Source: Acidimicrobiia bacterium (GTDB lineage: Bacteria; Actinomycetota; Acidimicrobiia; Acidimicrobiales; JANYDT01). Taken from it: a stretch of DNA of 64,000 nt. The notes under the pieces are model-generated. The model was not told the origin of the DNA, ran no database searches, and was given only the letters and a program-made list of their open reading frames with translations. Both the position numbers and the translations under genes were made by a program. How positions within the stretch are numbered: the stretch's first letter is position 1; each line of letters begins with the position of its first letter. Below are positions 1 through 9,687 of the stretch, in pieces. Location of the stretch: NCBI GenBank assembly GCA_043720395.1, contig JAYSSR010000038.1, forward strand, positions 5,689-69,688. Reading direction: 5' to 3'.

Positions 1-2678
1 CGGAACAATCGGCGACCGGAACTTGTCCCCGCCTCGGCCTCTGATCTGGCTGGAAGCGATTCCGCGTTGCCGCCGGTTGACTGCACGGCAGCGAGAGCGG
101 GCGAGTCGTCCCCTTGGACGTTCAACAACGCGCCGAACGCGGCGGGGGCGTCCCCACGGAGGCGGTCGAACGCTTCAGGGCTGACGATCACGTCGGGAAA
201 CCCGGCGGCGTCAGCAAGGACACCGGTGACGGGAACGCTCACCACGATCGACCCCGGTTCATCGCGCACGGACACAACCGACCCAACAGCAATTCGGCCG
301 GAAGTTCCCAGCCGATCGACGACACGTTGGGAGACGATCGCAGAGGAGGGACCGGCGAGCGTCGCACGAAAGGCCAGATCATCCGAGGCGAACTCTGCCG
401 CTCGCGCCGCGAGGTGCGCCACGCCACGCGATGCAACGTACGTCGTATCCAGGGTTCCGATGCTCACCGCGCTGGGTGAGCCGGTCGAACCGAACGCTAC
501 GCCCGGCCGTGACCGCACGACGGTCAACTCCTTCACGCCTGCTGCGCCTCGCACCACTCGTAGCCCGGGCTCGGAAAGCGATGAGGCCACCAATTGGAAA
601 CGTCCGAATCGACCGTTCGCGTTCCGCTGACCGCCTGCGGATGCGGCGGAACGGAACGACAAAGCAAGTAGACAGGACGTGACCGTCAGTGCAACGACGA
701 CGGGTACGGCAAAGCTTGACCAGATCCGAGTTGAATCGGCCAACGTCGGGGTTGCCCCGGCAGAATTCGACGACGCCCGGTGGCCTTCAACAGCCGCAAG
801 TACTACGACGCCGGCGAGAACCGTGAGCGAGGCGACGAGAACTCCGGGTCGCGGCGAGCGCGCCGCCAGGAGCGAGGCGAGACCGGCAATCGCCATCCCA
901 CCCGCCGCCACTCCGACCAGCCGAACACGCCATTGCGACCGTCGCGACCGTCGCGACGAGGCATTCGTAACCACAATTGCTGCCAGGAGCAGCAAACCTG
1001 ACAGCGCAGCGAGGTGGTCGCCCGAGCGCCCGCGCCAGAGAAGCACCAGACCGAGAATCACTCCTAATACGGCGCCCGACCAGCGTAGGAGCGGCCTCAA
1101 ACTCTGGGCACGAGACGCCAACTTTTCGGACAAATTCGCGCGCGAGCCGAGAATGTTTGCACTGTAAAGCGCCGCCATCCCGACAGCGAACGAGCCGGCC
1201 AGTCCCGTGCAGATTGCCCCCACCGTCGGGTTGAGTTCTAAAGGTGCTCCGGCCCCGGCCCGGCTTCCGAGAAGCATTGATGCGCGCGCGAGACACAAGC
1301 GCGAAAGGAGTGCTCCAACGGTCGCACCCGCCACACATCCAGCGAGAAGGACCGCCCAAAGCTCACCGACGATCGCCCCAGCCGCGTCACGTCGAGACTC
1401 GCCGACGGCACGAAGCGCCGCGATATCGCCGCGACGCGTTCGCGTGGCAAGCGCGACCAGGACCAGCAGGCACACAATGGCGGCAGCTGCTACCAGCCCT
1501 GCCAGCAACCGAATCGGAACCCCGAACATGTCCAGCTGCGACCGGGAATCACTTCGGAGGTCGGCCTTTACGGCAACGGCGTACGCAGCAGTCGACGCTG
1601 CGGGGCTCGCGGCACCCACCCCACGAATCGGTTCGCGGAGGGCAGCGTCGAGCTCACCGGCAACCGCTCGCGATCGTTTCCAGCCGTCCGCCGCGGGACC
1701 TCGGTTTGAGTACGCCACGAGATAGCGAACCCGCGCTCCCGCTGCGGCGGCGTCGACGGACACTGCGCCGGGGAGAACCAGGAGGACCCGAGGATTTGGC
1801 GTGCCATCCAGGGTGAACGCGGCAAAACCCCGAGCCACGAGCACATTCCGGACCGTGAACTCGGAGTTGAATCCACCAGACTTCAGAGTCACCACGCTTC
1901 CCGTGACAAGCCCGAGATCGCCCGCAAGGTCCGCGCCCACGTCGACCTGTCCCGCAAGGAGTGGTGCCACGCTCCCCAGGCCTGTTGCGTCCGGGTCGCC
2001 TCCGAACCGTGACGCTTCTGCCATGTCGAACTCGAGCGCTTGCGCAGGAGCGGAGGTGCCGGAGGCTGTTTGCGCAGTGACGTCCGTCGCGGACAACACC
2101 AACTGGGCGTCGACTGCTCCTCGGATTGCGTTCGTACCGGTTCGCTGCTCGAGTACAACTTGCGCTTCGTGGCGCTCTACAGCGGCGAGCGCTTCGAGCC
2201 GCGCCTCGGGCGTGCTCGCAACAATGAGTTCGTCAACCGGGCCGAGATGACGCGCCAGCACGGTCTCGACAGACCCGCTCATGGCGTCCGGGAGTACGGC
2301 CGCCATCGTGGTGACCGCACCACACAGCGCAAAAGCCACAAACGTGACGAGACTGCGACGCCGCACGAGGGCCCGAAACGCGAAGCGTCGACTCACCGGG
2401 CGAAAGACAAGGCGCTGGAGCACCGGGACAGAAAGGACGGGAAGCGACCAGAGTCGGAGGACCCCGTTGGTCCCTCGGAACCACGCTGCCGTCGTAGCGA
2501 GAACGGTTGCGTACACGACGAGGAACGACTGCAACATCGTTCGAAACCACTCCCATGCACTCGCCGCTGACCCATCGGTCGGCGGGGACACTTCGTGCGC
2601 CACGTCGAGATGAACCTGTTCGATTCCTGCTGATTCCCCGGAATCGAGCTGGTCCTCTACCGAAGTCGGCGCTGGCAT
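1..2678 (-). CDS. ABC transporter permease, FtsX/MacB type (partial; C-terminus lies beyond the left window edge)
   Basis: The minus-strand frame phased with 2678 has no stop all the way to base 1. All listed minus ORFs in this area are in the other two frames, so the track apparently omits ORFs without a stop inside the window. Hand translation gives an N-terminal TM helix (FVAFALCGAVTTMAAVL), a large extracytoplasmic region, then IRLLAGLVAAAAIVCLLVLVALATRTRRGDIAALRAVGESRRDAAGAIVGELWAVLLAG (FtsX-domain-like) and further TM helices. The ATG at 2678 overlaps the upstream ATPase stop by 22 nt. GTG at 2603 is an alternative start. Confidence 0.6.
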   Translation of the reverse strand, partial: MPAPTSVEDQLDSGESAGIEQVHLDVAHEVSPPTDGSAASAWEWFRTMLQSFLVVYATVLATTAAWFRGTNGVLRLWSLPVLSVPVLQRLVFRPVSRRFAFRALVRRRSLVTFVAFALCGAVTTMAAVLPDAMSGSVETVLARHLGPVDELIVASTPEARLEALAAVERHEAQVVLEQRTGTNAIRGAVDAQLVLSATDVTAQTASGTSAPAQALEFDMAEASRFGGDPDATGLGSVAPLLAGQVDVGADLAGDLGLVTGSVVTLKSGGFNSEFTVRNVLVARGFAAFTLDGTPNPRVLLVLPGAVSVDAAAAGARVRYLVAYSNRGPAADGWKRSRAVAGELDAALREPIRGVGAASPAASTAAYAVAVKADLRSDSRSQLDMFGVPIRLLAGLVAAAAIVCLLVLVALATRTRRGDIAALRAVGESRRDAAGAIVGELWAVLLAGCVAGATVGALLSRLCLARASMLLGSRAGAGAPLELNPTVGAICTGLAGSFAVGMAALYSANILGSRANLSEKLASRAQSLRPLLRWSGAVLGVILGLVLLWRGRSGDHLAALSGLLLLAAIVVTNASSRRSRRSQWRVRLVGVAAGGMAIAGLASLLAARSPRPGVLVASLTVLAGVVVLAAVEGHRASSNSAGATPTLADSTRIWSSFAVPVVVALTVTSCLLALSFRSAASAGGQRNANGRFGRFQLVASSLSEPGLRVVRGAAGVKELTVVRSRPGVAFGSTGSPSAVSIGTLDTTYVASRGVAHLAARAAEFASDDLAFRATLAGPSSAIVSQRVVDRLGTSGRIAVGSVVSVRDEPGSIVVSVPVTGVLADAAGFPDVIVSPEAFDRLRGDAPAAFGALLNVQGDDSPALAAVQSTGGNAESLPARSEAEAGTSSGRRLF

Positions 2679-4213
2679 GCCTCAAGCACTTTCCGCCGCG
2701 AAAGCTCGCGGAACGCGCCGTCGCGGAGCTCCATGATCCGGTGGGCGTGCTGGAGCAGGGCAACATCGTGCGACACCACCACCACTGTCAGTCCATCATC
2801 GCTGAGCTGGCGGAAGACGTGCGCCACATCGTCGGCGGTGTCGGGATCGAGTCCGCCGGTTGGGTCGTCCGCCCAGAGAACCTTCGGGTCGCCGACCAGG
2901 CCCCGGGCGATGCAGACACGCACGCGCTCACCGGTCGACAGCGACTCGGGAAGGCATGCGGGGACATCGGACAGTCGGAGCAGGGCCAGCGCCGCGAGCG
3001 CCTCGGTTCGGGCGTCCGCCGCTTTCCACCCTGCGACAAGCAGGGGCAGCTCAACGTTCTCGACCGCCGTGAGAATCGAAACGAGACCTGGCGTCATCGA
3101 CGTGAAACCCATCAGGGACGATCGTTGACGCGCGCTGTCGGCTTCCGTCATTGAGCCAATCTCGTGCCCTTCAATCAGGACGTCCCCCGCGTCGGGGCGG
3201 AGGGTGCCCGAGAGGCACGAGAGCAGCATCGACTTGCCGCTTCCCGATGGCCCCGTGACGGCGACGAACTCACCCGCATGGAGATCGATCGAGACGGATC
3301 GGAAGAGTTCCTTCGACGCTTCGCGCCGCCTGACGACTTTCGTAAGTGCCCGCACGGCGACGAGGACCGGCGCGGATGCGGCAAGTTTCACGCGCAAGGA
3401 CACGGTCTCGCTCACCGGAGGCGCAGTTTGCGCCTCGACGGGTTTGGGCACCAGGACCGGCACGACGGTCTGAGCCGAAGCGACGTCGGGTAGCAGCGGT
3501 ACTCGTACCTCCCCCGCCAGCGGGTCCAGAAGTGGAGGGGCCGCAACGACATGGACGACCGTGCTTGCGGTCAGCGCCACATCGGGGCTGGCGATCGCCG
3601 GCACGGCGCTGGCAATCACCGGCACGGCGGAGCTGACGGTGACCGGAACCGTAGGGGTTAGTACTGGCGGGGCCACGCTGATGGTGGTCGGTGGCGGCGG
3701 GGCCGTATCCGGTGCCGGAGGATATTCCGCGACGGCGTCGGGGGTCGTCCGTACGACACTCAGACGCCGTATCGGCGGCGGGCCGACCTCGCGAACACCG
3801 CGGCTGCGAGAAACCGTGCGCAGCCATTCATTCATCCGTTCGCGGTCGGTGTCCGACGACGAAACGATTTGAAGCACGGGGCGCATCGAGTCGACCACCG
3901 ACTCGGGACCGGGCGCGGCGGGAGCCAACATGTCGGGTGCGGAATGTTCAGTCGGCGCGTCGACGTCCAACACCGGATGTCCTGCCTCGATCGCCTGTGC
4001 CCGGGTCAGGGCCATGGCCGTTGGACGCCCGTCGAGCAAAACGACCGTCGTTGGTTCTGTGCCGCCGGTGGGTTTGGGTGTTGACGGAGCGCGTTCACGC
4101 GCAGCCATCGACCGCAACGTCGGGTCATGACGCCAGTCGACGTGCGGGACGTCGGGCGCGTCGCGGTCCGCGTCCCACGCGTCGTCAGTCAAGGGTTCCA
4201 CGGTGTCGCTCAT
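2657..4213 (-). CDS. ABC transporter ATP-binding protein (MacB/LolD/FtsE-like) with a long low-complexity N-terminal extension
   Basis: The C-terminal ~230 aa carry Walker A GPSGSGKS, signature LSTGERVRV, Walker B VLWADDPTGGLD and H-loop VVVSHD. About 285 aa of Pro/Val/Ala/Thr-rich sequence precede them. The start codon is uncertain. Confidence 0.8.
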   Translation of the reverse strand: MSDTVEPLTDDAWDADRDAPDVPHVDWRHDPTLRSMAARERAPSTPKPTGGTEPTTVVLLDGRPTAMALTRAQAIEAGHPVLDVDAPTEHSAPDMLAPAAPGPESVVDSMRPVLQIVSSSDTDRERMNEWLRTVSRSRGVREVGPPPIRRLSVVRTTPDAVAEYPPAPDTAPPPPTTISVAPPVLTPTVPVTVSSAVPVIASAVPAIASPDVALTASTVVHVVAAPPLLDPLAGEVRVPLLPDVASAQTVVPVLVPKPVEAQTAPPVSETVSLRVKLAASAPVLVAVRALTKVVRRREASKELFRSVSIDLHAGEFVAVTGPSGSGKSMLLSCLSGTLRPDAGDVLIEGHEIGSMTEADSARQRSSLMGFTSMTPGLVSILTAVENVELPLLVAGWKAADARTEALAALALLRLSDVPACLPESLSTGERVRVCIARGLVGDPKVLWADDPTGGLDPDTADDVAHVFRQLSDDGLTVVVVSHDVALLQHAHRIMELRDGAFRELSRRKVLEACQRRLR

Positions 4214-4568
4214 CGGCGCTCGGACGCGCCACCTTGACCCAGTGCAGCACCTTCGCCCAGGGGCACCTTCCGCTCACGCACCGCCGCAAGGAGATCCGAT
4301 GTCGATTCGACACCACAGAGGCCAGCAAGCGTTGCGCGCGTCGGCGAACCGTCGGCAGCGGGTTGCTGAGGAGCATGACCATTGCGCCATCGGCAGCGTC
4401 GATGGCCCCACCAGGAAAGACGTGCGCTCCAGCCACGAACGACGCCCGATGCGTTCGGCGCAGCAGAAGGGTGTCAAGGCCACCTCCGTGAGCGTCGCGA
4501 ACCACGGCCACGGTGGCCGCATCGCGCGGCGTCACCTGGTCAGCAGCCATACTCGTTGGAGAGTTCAC
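4185..4568 (-). pseudogene. Possible NUDIX-hydrolase remnant (only the N-terminal ~55 aa look family-like)
   Basis: TVAVVRDAHGGGLDTLLLRRTHRASFVAGAHVFPGGAIDAADGA resembles the N-terminus of actinobacterial NUDIX proteins. After that the frame loses similarity, no clean Nudix box is seen, and the ORF runs into the ATPase start. An AAVRE-like string appears in another frame. Confidence 0.3.
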
Positions 4569-4726
4569 AGGGCGAGCCTACGGTCACCCTTCAACGGCGG
4601 TCGCAGCGCTGGGCAGTACCGTTTACGACAGTGTCTTCTCCTTCATCCCCCCCGTCGTCCGAGCTGTGGGCAGCCGATGAGGCCGACTGGCTGGGCGAAA
4701 CAGACGACGCCGACGCGACCGGAGCG

Positions 4727-5860
4727 ATGACGTTCGAGCCGCACGTCGAGCCACACGTCGAGCCGCGCCTCGTCGCGAGGCCAGCACGCGAAACCGAGAA
4801 CGTTCTCAACGGTGACGCGCTCATCGCCGCAATCAGCGGGCCCGATCACGGCGGCAGCCCTATCGGCCAGGAGTTGTCAGCGATCACCCGCACGTCGCGC
4901 AAGGATCGGGCGAGAGCACGGCACCACGCGGCAAAGGCTGCGAAGCGCGCACATCGTCGCAAACCTCTCTGGCGCGGCCGCATTCTCCCGAAGTCGGTGC
5001 TTGGCATCAGTCTGCTCATGCTCGCGGCCGGAGTCGGGGCGGCTGGCGCTGGCACGGCGCTCTACATGAACTACCAGTACCGACGCGATCAGTCCGACGC
5101 CCTCGTGCAGTCGTTTCCGGAACGGGCCAAAATCGCCGTCGACACCGTGAACGCTGAGGCGATCAATGCGCGGCGTCGAATCCAGGACGAGATTGAGCCG
5201 ATCCGCAAGCTTGCGGCTACAGGCGACACGCTGCGAGAGCTGCTGGCGAAAGCGGCACCCTCGGTGTTTCAGGTCAGCACGTTCGATGTGGACGGCGCAG
5301 CGTCATCAGGGACCGCGTTCGTGGTCGCGTCGGACAGTACAAGATCGTTTCTGATCACGTCGTATGCAGTCGTTCGAGCGGCAACCGTTCGGCCCGGCCC
5401 GTCCGTAACGGTCCGCCAGGGGTCCGACGTGATTCCGGCCGAGCTCTGGACGTGGCAGGAGCAACGCGACCTCGCGCTGTTGATCGTCCAGAAGCCGAAC
5501 CTGCCGCGACTCGAATGGGCGATCAGTACCGATGTGCGGCTCGGTCAGCAGATCTTCGCGATCTCTGGGGTCGGCACAGCAGGTGGTTCGATCACCCAGG
5601 GATTCACTGCCGACGTGAGCGTCGACGGGGTACAGCACACTGCGCCCCTCGGTAAGCACTTCCGTGGGGGCCCACTCGTGACCGACCGGGGTGCTGTCCT
5701 GGCAGTCGCGTCGCGTGGCTACGCGCCTCTCGGATTCGACAGCGACGGCGTATGGTTCGCGCCTCCGATTCGCACCGTGTGCGAGACCGTCGTCAAATGC
5801 CCGAAGGGCGAGGTGACCGGCGGTGGCCAGGTCACCGGAGTCGGCAGCCAACGGACTTAG
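4727..5860 (+). CDS. Membrane-anchored trypsin-like (S1/HtrA-like fold) domain protein, probably non-catalytic
   Basis: TM helix ILPKSVLGISLLMLAAGVGAAGAGTALYM, then GTAFVV...SFLITSYAVV, QRDLALLIV and GKHFRGGPLV, which match the spacing of the S1C His/Asp/Ser motifs. I chose the ATG at 4727 because the track start at 4382 overlaps the opposite-strand ORF. An earlier GTG near 4632 is also possible. Confidence 0.6.
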   Translation: MTFEPHVEPHVEPRLVARPARETENVLNGDALIAAISGPDHGGSPIGQELSAITRTSRKDRARARHHAAKAAKRAHRRKPLWRGRILPKSVLGISLLMLAAGVGAAGAGTALYMNYQYRRDQSDALVQSFPERAKIAVDTVNAEAINARRRIQDEIEPIRKLAATGDTLRELLAKAAPSVFQVSTFDVDGAASSGTAFVVASDSTRSFLITSYAVVRAATVRPGPSVTVRQGSDVIPAELWTWQEQRDLALLIVQKPNLPRLEWAISTDVRLGQQIFAISGVGTAGGSITQGFTADVSVDGVQHTAPLGKHFRGGPLVTDRGAVLAVASRGYAPLGFDSDGVWFAPPIRTVCETVVKCPKGEVTGGGQVTGVGSQRT

Positions 5861-5868
5861 ATCCCGGG

Positions 5869-8235
5869 CTACGGCACGACTGCTCCGTTATCGATGGGCA
5901 CACCGAGATCGGCTGGCGCGAGTGTGGCCGGCGTGACCTCCACCGCAACGACCGTGGCAGGAGGCACCGTGGCGGGCGAAACTACGGGTGCCGCGTCCGG
6001 CTCACGCGCTGGTTCGACGGCCGACGGAGCTTCGGCCGTCTGAAGATACCGGGACACCGGAGTGCCGGTCAGCTCGCGACGCGGTCCCAGGTCGATGCCA
6101 CCTCGCGCCTTCAACTTCTTCTCCTCTACAAAGCTGCGGCGCACGGGCCGCACGATCGGCGCGGGCTCATCGAACAACGAAGGCGGTACGCCCTCCAGGG
6201 CCAGTTTCGTGTACTTGGCCCAGGTAGCAGCGGGGATCGTGCCGCCGGCAACCCGTCCGACCCCACGGATGTTGCGCAGCGGTCGAGGGCGATCCTTGTA
6301 CCCCATCCACACCGCCGTAGACAGCGTCGGCGTGTATCCAACGAACCATGCGTTCCCATAGTCCTGGCTGGTCCCGGTCTTCCCAGCGACCGCCCGACCT
6401 GGAAGCTTCGCCCTCTGGCCCGTTCCCTCATCGACAGCGCCCTGGAGAACGCTGGTGACGTTGTCTGCGACGCTCTGGCTGATGGCCTGTTTCGGTGTCC
6501 TGGAGAGGTTGTCTTCGAGAACCTTTCCGTCCGCATCAGTCACCGTCAGCACGGGCGTGACCGGTGCTCGCTTTCCACGCCCTGCAAAGACTGAATAGGC
6601 CGCGGCCATTTCGAGGGGCGAAACGTCAATGCCGCCAAGTGAATACGACGGACCGTGTTTGGCTGGGTCGTACCAGGCCGACGTAATCCCGAGCTTCTGT
6701 GCCATCTTCGCCACGTTCTCGATCCCGACCAGGTCATATCCTAAGCGCGCATATGTTGTATTGACTGACTTGATCGTCGCTCGTCGCAAATCCACAGCGC
6801 CGTACGCTGCACCCTCATAGTTCCCAATGGTCGTGCATTTGGCTCGCTTGGCACAGCGGGGATCGCGGTACGGCGCACCGCTGATGATCTGCGTCGGCGG
6901 GATGCTCTCTTGAAACGCCGCAGCAAGCACGATGGGCTTGATCGACGAACCGGGCGACCGTCCGGAGCCACCGCCGTCGAGTCCGTCGCGGCCCGAGCAA
7001 GTCGGCGCGAGCTTCGGAGTATTTCCTTGAAGGATGCGCTTGATCGAGGCCGGGTCTGGACAGTTCCCCAGGCCGAGATTCACCTGATCGGTCGCGAAGT
7101 CGCGGCCACCAACGAGCGCCTTCACGAAGCCCGTGAGCGGCTCAACTGACACAATCGAGAGCTCCAGATTCTCCGGCGTGCCTTTCAAAGTTGCAGCGGC
7201 GGTCGACTCGGCCGCGTCTTGAACCCGCGGGTCGAGCGTCGTTTGGATCTTCAATCCACCCCCGTAGACAATTGCCTCACCATACCGAGCAACGAGGTAC
7301 CTGCGGACGTAGTCGACAAAATACGGAAACCGCGTCTCGACTGCGCTGGGTCCGAAGACGATGGTGACGGGCCGTCCCGCGGGTGCGGTCGTGCCATCGC
7401 CCGGATCGACCCAGAGCTCCTGTGAGAGAGCGGTCTCGTACTGCTCCCCCGTAATGAATCGCTCGCGGCGCATCTGCGCGAGCGTTGCTTTCCGCTTGAA
7501 CTCGGCGTTGCGCGTGTTGCCTCGCGGCTCGTACTTCGACGGTGCCGGGATGATGCCCGCGAGCGTCGCCGCCTCGGAAAGCGTGAGGTTCTTCACACTC
7601 TTTCGGAAGTACGTCTGCGATGCCGCCCCGACGCCGTACGCACCGTTGCCAAGGAAGATGTTGGACAGGTACTCAACGAGAATTTCGTCCTTCGTGCGAG
7701 CCCGATCGAGTCGGTTCGCGATCACGGCAATCCGCAACTTTCGCCACACCCGGTCCACGTTCTTCGACAGATCGTTCTTCGGGGACGCTGACGTCGTCGC
7801 GTCCGGGTAGTACACACCCTTCACGAGCTGTTGTGTGATCGTGGAACCGCCCTGCTGCGCCTCACCCTCCTTGACATCGCGTCGCAACGCGCGCGCTAGG
7901 CCCACGGCGTCGACTCCGTTGTGGGTGTAAAACCGACGGTCTTCGGCGGCAACGACGGCGTGGCGTAGAACGAGCGGAATGTCTTTGCCGCTCACGTTGA
8001 GGTTCGCGTCGAGCTTTCGGAACACCGTGATCAGGTTCCCGTTCGCATCGAACACCCGACTTGGCTGGATCTGCGGTTTCGCCTTCCGCTCGGGAATGGT
8101 CACCGGGACGGGCGTGAACAATACGATGGCAAGACCGAGGCTGACCATCGAAACGGGCACAAAGGTCACGCCGAACAACAGGACCACGGCCGTCTTCACC
8201 AACCGGCGAAGAAACGACCAGAGGGACCAGAGCAC
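5869..8235 (-). CDS. Class A penicillin-binding protein (GT51 transglycosylase + transpeptidase)
   Basis: N-terminal TM helix. GT51 motifs EDRRFYTHNGVD and GGSTITQQLVK. Transpeptidase motifs SSIKP (SxxK), SVN and KTGTS. Confidence 0.9.
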   Translation of the reverse strand: MLWSLWSFLRRLVKTAVVLLFGVTFVPVSMVSLGLAIVLFTPVPVTIPERKAKPQIQPSRVFDANGNLITVFRKLDANLNVSGKDIPLVLRHAVVAAEDRRFYTHNGVDAVGLARALRRDVKEGEAQQGGSTITQQLVKGVYYPDATTSASPKNDLSKNVDRVWRKLRIAVIANRLDRARTKDEILVEYLSNIFLGNGAYGVGAASQTYFRKSVKNLTLSEAATLAGIIPAPSKYEPRGNTRNAEFKRKATLAQMRRERFITGEQYETALSQELWVDPGDGTTAPAGRPVTIVFGPSAVETRFPYFVDYVRRYLVARYGEAIVYGGGLKIQTTLDPRVQDAAESTAAATLKGTPENLELSIVSVEPLTGFVKALVGGRDFATDQVNLGLGNCPDPASIKRILQGNTPKLAPTCSGRDGLDGGGSGRSPGSSIKPIVLAAAFQESIPPTQIISGAPYRDPRCAKRAKCTTIGNYEGAAYGAVDLRRATIKSVNTTYARLGYDLVGIENVAKMAQKLGITSAWYDPAKHGPSYSLGGIDVSPLEMAAAYSVFAGRGKRAPVTPVLTVTDADGKVLEDNLSRTPKQAISQSVADNVTSVLQGAVDEGTGQRAKLPGRAVAGKTGTSQDYGNAWFVGYTPTLSTAVWMGYKDRPRPLRNIRGVGRVAGGTIPAATWAKYTKLALEGVPPSLFDEPAPIVRPVRRSFVEEKKLKARGGIDLGPRRELTGTPVSRYLQTAEAPSAVEPAREPDAAPVVSPATVPPATVVAVEVTPATLAPADLGVPIDNGAVVP

Positions 8236-8319
8236 GGCCCAAGTCTCTCAGAAGGTCGGGGAACCACGACGCGCCGCTCCCCGGTCGGGCGTTCGCGACC
8301 TCCGAGTAGCGTCGATGCG

Positions 8320-9681
8320 GTGTCCCACCCGCGTCCGCCTTCGGTTGATCGACTCGCTCGCGAGCTCGCCGCGGACGCAGAGCTTCGCGACATTCCGTTT
8401 GCCCTGCTGATCGACGCCGCGCGGTTCGCAGTCCGCCAGGACCCGACCGCACCGCTCGAAGCGGCGCGGACCGAAGCGCGTCGACAATCCCGCACGCTGC
8501 TCGGTGACGTCATCAATGCGACCGGCGTCTTGCTCCACACCAACCTCGGACGTGCGCCGCTGCCCAGGTCCCGGCACGGTGGCCCCGTCCGGGCATCAAA
8601 TCTGGAGATCAGCCTGGAAACTGGACAGCGAGGTTCGCGGCGAGACCGCACCGGCCCACTGCTCGCACACCTCTGTGGCACCGAAGCCGCTCTCGTCGTG
8701 AACAACTGCGCAGCCGCACTCGTACTCGTCCTTTCCTCACTCGCTCAGGGCCGAGCGGTACTCGTGAGCCGAGGCGAGTTGGTGGAGATCGGCGGTGGGT
8801 TCCGCATACCCGAGGTCATGGAACAGTCGGGTGCCCGCCTGATCGAAGTTGGCAGCACCAATCGCACCCGCCTCGCCGACTACGAACGCGCCAACGCCGC
8901 AAACTTCGACGTTGCGCTTGCGCTGAAGGTGCACACCTCGAACTACCGCGTCACCGGGTTCGTCGAGGAAACGAGCATCGAGCAGCTCTGCACGCTGGGC
9001 GTCCCGGTCGTCGCCGACGTCGGCTCGGGCCTGCTCGACCGTTCCACACCCTGGCTCGCCGACGAAAGCGGTCGGACGCCGACCCTCCCCTGGCTCGCCC
9101 AGGAACCCTCCGTCCGCGAAGCACTGGACGCAGGGGCCGATGTCGTGCTGTTCTCCTGCGACAAGCTGCTCGGCGGGCCGCAAGGCGGTGCGATCGTCGG
9201 CTCAAGGACCATGATCGACCTGATCGCGAGCCATCCGCTCGCCCGCGCACTTCGACCGGGCGGCCTCGTCATTGGGGCACTCCAGGCGACGCTGCTCGCA
9301 TACCTACGCCGTGACGTCCACGCGATGCCGTTCTGGGAACAGGCGAGCCGCCCGGTCACGCTGCTGGAGCGACGGGCCCGCGCGATCGCCAGCACAGTCC
9401 ATCAGCCCTGGTGCTCGGCCGCGCCCTGCGAATCTGTACCGGGCGGCGGCACCCTTCCCGGCGTCACGATCCCCTCGTTCGGCCTTCGCCTCAGGGGCGA
9501 CCGCGTCCGCTGCCTTCGAGAACGGACCATTCCAGTCATCGCCCGAGCATCGGGCGGGTCAACGGTTCTCGATCTGCGAGCGGTGGACCCGGCCGACGAC
9601 ACCGTGATCGCCACCGCAATCGCGGAATCGACTCCTGACGCGCGCGCGAAGGCCGAACCGAACCTCCACGACGCGGGCTGA
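8320..9681 (+). CDS. selA: L-seryl-tRNA(Sec) selenium transferase
   Basis: VLLHTNLGRAPL and FSCDKLLGGPQGG (SelA-type PLP-lysine motif). Length ~450 aa. Sits immediately upstream of selB. Confidence 0.8.
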   Translation: MSHPRPPSVDRLARELAADAELRDIPFALLIDAARFAVRQDPTAPLEAARTEARRQSRTLLGDVINATGVLLHTNLGRAPLPRSRHGGPVRASNLEISLETGQRGSRRDRTGPLLAHLCGTEAALVVNNCAAALVLVLSSLAQGRAVLVSRGELVEIGGGFRIPEVMEQSGARLIEVGSTNRTRLADYERANAANFDVALALKVHTSNYRVTGFVEETSIEQLCTLGVPVVADVGSGLLDRSTPWLADESGRTPTLPWLAQEPSVREALDAGADVVLFSCDKLLGGPQGGAIVGSRTMIDLIASHPLARALRPGGLVIGALQATLLAYLRRDVHAMPFWEQASRPVTLLERRARAIASTVHQPWCSAAPCESVPGGGTLPGVTIPSFGLRLRGDRVRCLRERTIPVIARASGGSTVLDLRAVDPADDTVIATAIAESTPDARAKAEPNLHDAG

Positions 9682-9687
9682 GCATCG

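Noticed and set aside
2618-2627. GTTCGATTCC, a tRNA T-loop-like string
   Set aside because: The flanking bases do not form a T-stem or any cloverleaf. It lies inside the permease coding frame.
8236-8319. Searched for tRNA-Sec (selC) next to selA, and also in 11747-12094
   Set aside because: No acceptor/T-arm pairing, UCA anticodon loop or long variable arm could be folded from these segments by eye.
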